Shown here: piece after piece, positions 1 through 10,722 of the stretch | Layout of the letters: the number at the start of each line of letters is the position of its first letter | Numbering within the stretch: position 1 is the stretch's first letter | Source: the human T2T-CHM13v2.0 reference genome, Homo sapiens | DNA: 64,000 bases | Reading direction: 5' to 3' (one strand) | Assembly (NCBI RefSeq): GCF_009914755.1 | Contig: NC_060948.1 | Notes under the pieces: model-generated | Seen by the model: the letters and a program-made list of their open reading frames with translations, nothing else | The model's database searches: none | What the model was told of the DNA's origin: nothing | Translations under genes and position numbers: made by a program

Positions 1-1410
1 AAAATAGAATGAAAGAGAATCAAATGGAATTGAATCGAATGGAATCGAATGGATTGGAAAGGAATAGAATGGAATGGAATGGAATTGACTCAAATGGAAT
101 GGACTAGAATGGAATGGATTCGAATGGAAGGCAAAGGAATGGAATCTATTGGAATGGACTGTAATGGAATGGAATGGAAGGGATTGGAATGGACTCGAAT
201 GGAATGGACTGCAATAGAAAGGATTCCAATGGAATGAAAAAGAATTGAATGGAATAGAACAGAATGGAATCAAATCGAATGAAATGGAATGGAATAGAAA
301 GGAATGGAATGAAATGGAATGGAAAGGATTCGAATGGAATGCAATCGAATGGAATGGAATCGAACGGAATGGAATAAAATGGAAGAAAACTGGCAAGAAA
401 TGGAATCGAAATGAATGGAGTATTATGGAACGGACTCAAAAGGAATTGAATGTAATAGAATGGAGTGGAGTGGACTCGAATATAATGGACTGGAATGGAA
501 TGAAATCACATGGAATGGGAACGAATGGAATGGAATGGAAAGGAATGGAATCGAATGGAAAGGAATCGAATGGAAGGGAATGAAATTGAATCAACAGGAA
601 TGGAAGGGAATAGAATAGACGGTAATGGAATGGACTCGAATAGAATGGACACGAATGCTCAAATTGAATGGACTCGAATGGAATGGAAACGAAAGGAATG
701 TCATCGAATGGAATTGAATCGATTGGAATGAAATCGCATAGAATGGAGTGGAATCAAATGGAATTGAATCGAAAGGAAAGGAAGCGAATGGACTGAAATG
801 AAATGGAATGGAATTGAATGGAAAGTAATGCAATGGAATAGAATGGAACGAAATTTCACGGAATGGAATCAAACTGAATGGAATCAAATCAATGGAATCT
901 AATCAAATGGAATGGAAAGGAATTGAATGGAGTAGATTGGATTGGATGGGATTGGAATGAAATCTACTGGAAAGGACTCGAATTTCATGAAACGGAATGG
1001 AATGAATTGGAACGGAATGGACTCGAATGGAATGGAATGTCATGGAATGGCATCAAATGGAATGGCATCAAATGGAATGGAATCGAATGCAATGGAATGT
1101 TATGGAATGGAATGGAATGCATTGGAATGGAATGTCCTCTAATGGAATGGATTCGAGTGGAATGGAATCGAATATAATGGAGTCGAATGAAATGGAATTG
1201 AAAGGAATGGGATCGAATAGAATGGAATATACTGGAATGTAATGTAATGAACTCGAATGTAATTGACTGGAATGGAATGTACATGAATGGAAGGTAATCG
1301 AATGGAAAGTAATCCAATGGAATAGAATCTAATGCAATAAAACCGACTCAGATAGAGTAGAATGTAATGGAATGGAGTGCAGTGCAATGGAATGGAATGG
1401 AATTGAATGC

Positions 1411-1470
1411 AATGGAATGGAATGGAATGGAATGGAATGGAATGGAATGGAATGGAATGGAATGGAATGG
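1411..1470 (+). repeat. Pure (AATGG)12 tract, the longest perfect run in the unit; length-variable between units
   Basis: Counted 12 copies here, 11 in units 2 and 4, 7 in units 3 and 14. Confidence 0.9.
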
Positions 1471-1794
1471 GATGGAATGGTATGGAATGGATAGAAATGG
1501 ACTGGAGTGAAATGGACTGGAAAGGAATGGACTCAAATTGAAAGGGCTCGAAAGGAATGGAGTCAAATGGAATGGTCTGGAATGGAATGAACACGAATGT
1601 AATGCAATCCAATAGAATGGAATCGAATGGCATGGAATATAAAGAAATGGATACGAAGAGAATGGAAACAAATGGAATGGAATTGAATGGAATGGAATTG
1701 AATGGAATGGGAACGAATGGAGTGAAATTGTATGCAGTAGAAGGGAATAGAATGGAATGCAAGCGAAAGGAAAGGAATGGATTGGAATGGAATG

Positions 1795-1838
1795 GAATTC
1801 ATTGGAATGGAAGGGAATGTAGTGTAATGGACAGGCCT
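1795..1838. other. Diagnostic EcoRI (GAATTC 1795-1800) and StuI/HaeIII (AGGCCT 1833-1838) sites, once per unit
   Basis: Read directly; present in all 18 units; consistent with the classic male-specific HaeIII/EcoRI band. Confidence 0.9.
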
Positions 1839-2208
1839 GGAATAAAGTGGAATGCTACGGTCTCGAATGGAATAAAAATGTATGGAATGGAATGCAATGA
1901 AACGGAATCGAATGTCATAGAATGTAATGGAATGCAACAAAATGGAATCCAAAATCATTGACTGGAAAGGCTGGGTGTCGAAAGGAATTGACTCCAATGG
2001 AATGGAATCGAATGGAATGGAAGTGAATAGAATCGAACTAAATCGAATGGAATGGAATTGATAGGAACGGAATGGAAAGGAATGCAATGATTTGGCATGG
2101 AATGGAATCGAATGGCATCGAATGGAATGGAATGGAATGCAATGGAATGGAATGTATTAGAATGTAATGAACTTTAATGGAATGTACTCGAATGGATTCG
2201 ACTGGAAT

Positions 2209-2223
2209 GGAATGTTCTGGAAG
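2209..2223. promoter_or_regulatory. Perfect heat-shock element match 1 (gGAAt gTTCt gGAAg), repeated in all 18 units
   Basis: Matches the nGAAnnTTCnnGAAn HSF consensus; motif match only, binding not shown. Confidence 0.55.
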
Positions 2224-2488
2224 TGAATGGACTCCAATGGAATGGATTCAAAAGGAATGGAATCGTACGGAATGGAATCTAATGGAATGGAATTAAATGG
2301 AAATGAATCAAATTGAATAGCACGGAATTGAATTGAATGGAATGGAATGCAATGGAATCTAATGAAACGGAAAGGAAAGGAATGGAATGGAATGGAATGG
2401 GCTGGAATGGAAAGGAATCGAAACGAATGGAATGGAATCGAACTGAAGAGACTGGAATGGAATGCACTGGAATGGAAGGGAGTGTAAT

Positions 2489-2503
2489 GGAAGGTTCTCG
2501 AAA
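2489..2503. promoter_or_regulatory. Perfect heat-shock element match 2 (gGAAg gTTCt cGAAa), intact in 17 of 18 units
   Basis: Consensus match; broken by C>T at 52322 in unit 15. Confidence 0.5.
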
Positions 2504-3514
2504 AAAATGGAATCGAATGGAATGGAATTGAATGGAACGGAATAGAGTCGAATGGAATTGAATGGAATGGAATGGACTAGAGTGAAATGGAATCGAACCA
2601 CAAGGAATGGAGAGGAATAGAATGGTCTCGAATTGAATGGAATCATATGGAATGGCATCAAACGGAATGGAATGGACAGCCACGGAATGGAATGCACTCG
2701 AATGCAATGGAGTCGAAACTAATGGACTGGAATAGAATGGACTCGACTGGTACGGACTCCAATGGAATGGAATCGAATGGAAGGGAATCGAACGGAATGG
2801 ACACGAAGGGAAAAGACTGCAATGGAAAGGTCTCGAATGGAATGGAAATTAATGGAATGGAATGGAATCGAATGAAATGGAGTCAAAAGGAATGGAATCG
2901 AATGGCAAGAAATCGAATGTAATGGAATCGCAAGGAATTGATGTGAACGGAACGGAATGGAATGGAATCCAAAGGAATGGAATAGAATGGAATGGAATCG
3001 AATGGAAAGGACTCGAATGGAAATCACTCGAATAGAATGCAATTTAATAAAATAGGATCAAATATAATGGAATGGAATGGAAAGGAATCGAAACGAAAGG
3101 AATGGAGACAGATGGAATGGAATAGAACAGAGAGCAATGGTATAGAATGGAATGGAATCATCTGGAATGGAATTGAATGGAATGGAATAATATGAAATGG
3201 AATGGAATGGAATGGAATGGAATGCCCTTGAATTAAATGGACTGGAATGGAATGGACTCGAACAGAGTGGAATGGAAAGTGTTGAGATAGAATGGAATGG
3301 ACTCCTTTGGAATGGTGTAGTATGCAATGCAATCGACTGGCAGGGAATCAAAAGGAATGTAATCGAATGGATTGGACTGGAATGCAATGGACTCGAATAG
3401 ATTGCAAACAGAATGCAAAGGAATGGAATGGAATAGTATGGAATGGAATGGAAAGGAATGGAGTGGAATAGACTAGAGTGGAATGGAATGGACTGGAAAG
3501 CAATGGACTGGAAT

Positions 3515-3529
3515 GGAACTTTCTTGAAT
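3515..3529. promoter_or_regulatory. Perfect heat-shock element match 3 (gGAAc tTTCt tGAAt), in all 17 complete units
   Basis: Consensus match; motif only. Confidence 0.5.
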
Positions 3530-3579
3530 GGACTGGAATCAAACGGAATGGAATGCAATGCAATCAAATGGCATGGAAT

Positions 3580-6500
3580 AAAATAGAATGAAAGAGAATC
3601 AAATGGAATTGAATCGAATGGAATCGAATGGATTGGAAAGGAATAGAATGGAATGGAATGGAATTGACTCAAATGGAATGGACTAGAATGGAATGGATTC
3701 GAATGGAAGGCAAAGGAATGGAATCTATTGGAATGGACTGTAATGGAATGGAATGGAAGGGATTGGAATGGACTCGAATGGAATGGACTGCAATAGAAAG
3801 GATTTGAATGGAATGAAAAAGAATTGAATGGAATAGAACAGAATGGAATCAAATCGAATGAAATGGAATGGAATAGAAAGGAATGGAATGAAATGGAATG
3901 GAAAGGATTCGAATGGAATGCAATCGAATGGAATGGAATCGAACGGAATGGAATAAAATGGAAGAAAACTGGCAAGAAATGGAATCGAAATGAATGGAGT
4001 GTTATGGAACGGACTCAAAAGGAATTGAATGTAATAGAATGGAGTGGAGTGGACTCGAATATAATGGACTGGAATGGAATGAAATCACATGGAATGGGAA
4101 CGAATGGAATGGAATGGAAAGGAATGGAATCGAATGGAAAGGAATCGAATGGAAGGGAATGAAATTGAATCAACAGGAATGGAAGGGAATAGAATAGACG
4201 GTAATGGAATGGACTCGAATAGAATGGACACGAATGCTCAAATTGAATGGACTCGAATGGAATGGAAACGAAAGGAATGTCATCGAATGGAATTGAATCG
4301 ATTGGAATGAAATCGCATAGAATGGAGTGGAATCAAATGGAATTGAATCGAAAGGAAAGGAAGCGAATGGACTGAAATGAAATGGAATGGAATTGAATGG
4401 AAAGTAATGCAATGGAATAGAATGGAACGAAATTTCACGGAATGGAATCAAACTGAATGGAATCAAATCAATGGAATCAAATCAAATGGAATGGAAAGGA
4501 ATTGAATGGAGTAGATTGGATTGGATGGGATTGGAATGAAATGTACTGGAAAGGACTCGAATTTCATGAAACGGAATGGAATGAATTGGAACGGAATGGA
4601 CTCGAATGGAATGGAATGTCATGGAATGGCATCAAATGGAATGGCATCAAATGGAATGGAATCGAATGCAATGGAATGCTATGGAATGGAATGGAATGCA
4701 TTGGAATGGAATGTCCTCTAATGGAATGGATTCGAGTGGAATGGAATCGAATATAATGGAGTCGAATGAAATGGAATTGAAAGGAATGGGATCGAATACA
4801 ATGGAATATACTGGAATGTAATGTAATGAACTCGAATGTAATTGACTGGAATGGAATGTACATGAATGGAATGTAATCGAATGGAAAGTAATCCAATGGA
4901 ATAGAATCTAATGCAATAAAATCGACTCAGATAGAGTAGAATGTAATGGAATGGAGTGCAGTGCAATGGAATGGAATGGAATGGAATGCAATGGAATGGA
5001 ATGGAATGGAATGGAATGGAATGGAATGGAATGGAATGGAATGGGATGGAATGGTATGGAATGGATAGTAATGGACTGGAGTGAAATGGACTGGAAAGGA
5101 ATGGACTCAAATTGAAAGGGCTCGAAAGGAATGGAGTCAAATGGAATGGTCTGGAATGGAATGAACACGAATGTAATGCAATCCAATAGAATGGAATCGA
5201 ATGGCATGGAATATAAAGAAATGGATTCGAAGAGAATGGAAACAAATGGAATGGAATTGAATGGAATGGAATTGAATGGAATGGGAACGAATGGAGTGAA
5301 ATTGTATGCAGTAGAAGGGAATAGAATGGAATGCAAGCGAAAGGAAAGGAATGGATTGGAATGGAATGGAATTCATTGGAATGGAAGGGAATGTAGTGTA
5401 ATGGACAGGCCTGGAATAAAGTGGAATGCTACGGTCTCGAATGGAATAAAAATGTATGGAATGGAATACAAAGAAACGGAATCGAATGTCATAGAATGTA
5501 ATGGAATGCAACAAAATGGAATCCAAAATCATTGACTGGAAAGGCTGGGTGTCGAAAGGAATTGACTCCAATGGAATGGAATCGAATGGAATGGAAGTGA
5601 ATAGAATCGAACTAAATCGAATGGAATGGAATTGATAGGAACGGAATGGAAAGGAATGCAATGATTTGGCATGGAATGGAATCGAATGGCATCGAATGGA
5701 ATGGAATGGAATGCAATGGAATGGAATGTATTAGAATGTAATGAACTTTAATGGAATGTACTCGAATGGATTCGACTGGAATGGAATGTTCTGGAAGTGA
5801 ATGGACTCCAATGGAATGGATTCAAAAGGAATGGAATCGTACGGAATGGAATCTAATGGAATGGAATTAAATGGAAATGAATCAAATTGAATAGCACGGA
5901 ATTGAATTGAATGGAATGGAATGCAATGCAATCTAATGAAACGGAAAGGAAAGGAATGGAATGGAATGGAATGGGCTGGAATGGAAAGGAATCGAAACGA
6001 ATGGAATGGAATCGAACTGAAGAGACTGGAATGGAATGCACTGGAATGGAAGGGAGTGTAATGGAAGGTTCTCGAAAAAAATGGAATCGAATGGAATGGA
6101 ATTGAATGGAACGGAATAGAGTCGAATGGAATTGAATGGAATGGAATGGACTAGAGTGAAATGGAATCAAACCACAAGGAATGGAGAGGAATAGAATGGT
6201 CTCGAATTGAATGGAATCGTATGGAATGGCATCAAACGGAATGGAATGGACAGCCACGGAATGGAATGCACTCGAATGCAATGGAGTCGAAACTAATGGA
6301 CTGGAATAGAATGGACTCGACTGGTACGGACTCCAATGGAATGGAATCGAATGGAAGGGAATCGAACGGAATGGACTCGAAGGGAAAAGACTGCAATGGA
6401 AAGGTCTCGAATGGAATGGAAATTAATGGAATGGAATGGAATCGAATGAAATGGAGTCAAAAGGAATGGAATCGAATGGCAACAAATCGAATGTAATGGA

Positions 6501-7163
6501 ATCGCAAGGAATTGATGTGAACGGAACGGAACGGAATGGAATGGAATCCAAAGGAATGGAATAGAATGGAATGGAATCGAATGGAAAGGACTCGAATGGA
6601 AATCACTCGAATAGAATGCAATTTAATAAAATAGGATCAAATGTAATGGAATGGAATGGAAAGGAATCGAAACGAAAGGAATGGAGACAGATGGAATGGA
6701 ATAGAACAGAGAGCAATGGTATGGAATGGAATGGAATCATCTGGAATGGAATTGAATGGAATGGAATAATATGAAATGGAATGGAATGGAATGGAATGGA
6801 ATGGAATGCCCTTGAATTAAATGGACTGGAATGGAATGGACTCGAACAGAGTGGAATGGAAAGTGTTGAGATAGAATGGAATGGACTCCTTTGGAATGGT
6901 GTAGTATGCAATGCAATCGACTGGCAGGGAATCAAAAGGAATGTAATGGAATGGACTGGACTGGAATGCAATGGACTCGAATAGATTGGAAACGGAATGC
7001 AAAGAAATGGAATGGAATAGTATGGAATGGAATGGAAAGGAATGGAGTGGAATAGACTAGAGTGGAATGGAATGGACTGGAAAGCAATGGACTGGAATGG
7101 AACTTTCTTGAATGGACTGGAATCAAACGGAATGGAATGCAATGCAATCAAATGGCATGGAAT
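3580..7163 (+). repeat. DYZ1 unit 2 (3584 bp)
   Basis: Landmark recurrence; StuI at 5407; extra AACGG pentamer near 6525. Confidence 0.92.
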
Positions 7164-10100
7164 AAAATAGAATGAAAGAGAATCAAATGGAATTGAATCG
7201 AATGGAATCGAATGGATTGGAAAGGAATAGAATGGAATGGAATGGAATTGACTCAAATGGAATGGACTAGAATGGAATGGATTCGAATGGAAGGCAAAGG
7301 AATGGAATCTATTGGAATGGACTGTAATGGAATGGAATGGAAGGGATTGGAATGGACTCGAATGGAATGGACTGCAATAGAAAGGATTCGAATGGAATGA
7401 AAAAGAATTGAATGGAATAGAACAGAATGGAATCAAATCGAATGAAATGGAATGGAATAGAAAGGAATGGAATGAAATGGAATGGAAAGGATTCGAATGG
7501 AATGCAATCGAATGGAATGGAATCGAACGGAATGGAATAAAATGGAAGAAAACTGGCAAGAAATGGAATCGAAATGAATGGAGTGTTATGGAACGGACTC
7601 AAAAGGAATTGAATGTAATAGAATGGAGTGGAGTGGACTCGAATATAATGGACTGGAATGGAATGAAATCACATGGAATGGGAACGAATGGAATGGAATG
7701 GAAAGGAATGGAATCGAATGGAAAGGAATCGAATGGAAGGGAATGAAATTGAATCAACAGGAATGGAAGGGAATAGAATAGACGGTAATGGAATGGACTC
7801 GAATAGAATGGACACGAATGCTCAAATTGAATGGACTCGAATGGAATGGAAACGAAAGGAATGTCATCGAATGGAATTGAATCGATTGGAATGAAATCGC
7901 ATAGAATGGAGTGGAATCAAATGGAATTGAATCGAAAGGAAAGGAAGCGAATGGACTGAAATGAAATGGAATGGAATTGAATGGAAAGTAATGCAATGGA
8001 ATAGAATGGAACGAAATTTCACGGAATGGAATCAAACTGAATGGAATCAAATCAATGGAATATAATCAAATGGAATGGAAAGGAATTGAATGGAGTAGAT
8101 TGGATTGGATGGGATTGGAATGAAATGTACTGGAAAGGACTCGAATTTCATGAAACGGAATGGAATGAATTGGAACGGAATGGACTCGAATGGAATGGAA
8201 TGTCATGGAATGGCATCAAATGGAATGGCATCAAATGGAATAGAATCGAATGCAATGGAATGCTATGGAATGGAATGGAATGCATTGGAATGGAATGTCC
8301 TCTAATGGAATGGATTCGAGTGGAATGGAATCGAATATAATGGAGTCGAATGAAATGGAATTGAAAGGAATGGGATCGAATACAATGGAATATACTGGAA
8401 TGTAACGTAATGAACTCGAATGTAATTGACTGGAATGGAATGTACATGAATGGAATGTAATCGAATGGAAAGTAATCCAATGGAATAGAATCTAATGCAA
8501 TAAAACCGACTCAGATAGAGTAGAATGTAATGGAATGGAGTGCAGTGCAATGGAATGGAATGGAATGGAATGCAATTGAATGGAATGGAATGGAATGGAA
8601 TGGAATGGAATGGGATGGAATGGTATGGAATGGATAGTAATGGACTGGAGTGAAATGGACTGGAAAGGAATGGACTCAAATTGAAAGGGCTCGAAAGGAA
8701 TGGAGTCAAATGGAATGGTCTGGAATGGAATGAACACGAATGTAATGCAATCCAAAAGAATGGAATCGAATGGCATGGAATATAACGAAATGGAATCGGA
8801 GAGAATGGAAACAAATGGAATGGAATTGAATGGAATGGAATTGAATGGAATGGGAACGAATGGAGTGAAATTGTATACAGTAGAAGGGAATAGAATGGAA
8901 TGCAAGCGAAAGGAAAGGAATGGATTGGAATGGAATGGAATTCATTGGAATGGAAGGGAATGTAGTGTAATGGACAGGCCTGGAATAAAGTGGAATGCTA
9001 CGGTCTCGAATGGAATAAAAATGTATGGAATGGAATGCAATGAAATGGAATCGAATGTCATAGAATGTAATGGAATGCAACAAAATGGAATCCAAAATCA
9101 TTGACTGGAAAGGCTGGGTGTCGAAAGGAATTGACTCCAATGGAATGGAATCGAATGGAATGGAAGTGAATAGAATCGAACTAAATCGAATGGAATGGAA
9201 TTGATAGGAACGGAATGGAAAGGAATGCAATGATTTGGCATGGAATGGAATCGAATGGCATCGAATGGAATGGAATGGAATGCAATGGAATGGAATGTAT
9301 TAGAATGTAATGAACTTTAATGGAATGTACTCGAATGGATTCGACTGGAATGGAATGTTCTGGAAGTGAATGGACTCCAATGGAATGGATTCCAAAGGAA
9401 TGGAATCGTACGGAATGGAATCTAATGGAATGGAATTAAATGGAAATGAATCAAATTGAATAGCACGGAATTGAATTGAATGGAATCGAATGCAATGGAA
9501 TCTAATGAAACGGAAAGGAAAGGAATGGAATGGAATGGAATGGGCTGGAATGGAAAGGAATCGAAACGAATGGAATGGAATCGAACTGAAGAGACTGGAA
9601 TGGAATGCACTGGAATGGAAGGGAGTGTAATGGAAGGTTCTCGAAAAAAATGGAATCGAATGGAATGGAATTGAATGGAACGGAATAGAGTCGAATGGAA
9701 TTGAATGGAATGGAATGGACTAGAGTGATATGGAATCGAACCACAAGGAATGGAGAGGAATAGAATGGTCTCGAATTGAATGGAATCGTATGGAGTGGCA
9801 TCAAACGGAATGGAATGGACAGCCACGGAATGGAATGCACTCGAATGCAATGGAGTCGAAACTAATGGACTGGAATAGAATGGACTCGACTGGTACGGAC
9901 TCCAATGGAATGGAATCGAATGGAAGGGAATCGAACGGAATGGACTCGAAGGGAAAAGACTGCAATGGAAAGGTCTCGAATGGAATGGAAATTAATGGAA
10001 TGGAATGGAATCGAATGAAATGGAGTCAAAAGGAATGGAATCGAATGGCAACAAATCGAATGTAATGGAATCGCAAGGAATTGACGTGAAAGGAACGGAA

Positions 10101-10722
10101 TGGAATGGAATCCAAAGGAATGGAATAGAATGGAATGGAATCGAATGGAAAGGACTCGAATGGAAATCACTCGAATAGAATGCAATTTAATAAAATAGGA
10201 TCAAATGGAATGGAATGGAATGGAAAGGAATCGAAACGAAAGGAATGGAGACAGATGGAATGGAATGGAACAGAGAGCAATGCTATAGAATGGAATGGAA
10301 TCATCTGGAATGGAATTGAATGGAATGGAATAATATGAAATGGAATGGAATGGAATGGAATGGAATGCCCTTGAATTAAATGGACTGGAATGGAATGGAC
10401 TCCAACAGAGTGGAATGGAAAGTGTTGAGATAGAATGGAATGGACTCCTTTGGAATGGTCTAGTATGCAATGCAATCGACTGGCAGGGAATCAAAAGGAA
10501 TGTAATCGAATGGATTGGACTGGAATGCAATGGACTCGAATAGATTGGAAACGGAATGCAAAGGAATGGAATGGAATAGTATGGAATGGAATGGAAAGGA
10601 ATGGAGTGGAATAGACTAGAGTGGAATGGAATGGACTGGAAAGCAATGGACTGGAATGGAACTTTCTTGAATGGACTGGAATCAAACGGAATGGAATGCA
10701 ATGCAATCAAATGGCATGGAAT
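7164..10722 (+). repeat. DYZ1 unit 3 (3559 bp)
   Basis: Landmark recurrence; StuI at 8976. Confidence 0.92.

Larger units (their letters stand above)
1..3579 (+). repeat. DYZ1 unit 1 (3579 bp; arbitrary phase starting AAAATAGAATGAAAGAG)
   Basis: Landmark at 1 recurs at 3580; StuI site at 1833. Confidence 0.92.

Noticed and set aside
1411-1470. G-quadruplex or telomere-like function
   Set aside because: Only GG runs and no TTAGGG; GGA-mismatch hairpins are the better-supported structure for this repeat.
1557-1961. 134 aa plus-strand ORF (MEWNG-type) conserved across units
   Set aside because: Direct translation of GGAAT periodicity; conservation reflects array homogenisation; truncated in unit 12 and frameshifted in unit 15.
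1965-1982. GC-richer island GAAAGGCTGGGTGTCG as a foreign insert
   Set aside because: It stays in pentamer register, has no target-site duplication and is too short to assign.
3041-3056. AT-rich AATTTAATAAAATAGG with AATAAA as a poly(A) or TATA-like signal
   Set aside because: AATAAA arises easily from AATGG variants and occurs several times per unit; there is no GU-rich downstream element or transcript evidence here.
3058-3975. 305-318 aa minus-strand ORF recurring in nearly every unit, and other FHSIP-rich ORFs
   Set aside because: (ATTCC)n has no stop codon in any frame, so long ORFs are expected. The products are low-complexity, many start at TTG/CTG, and ORF ends shift with 5-bp indels.
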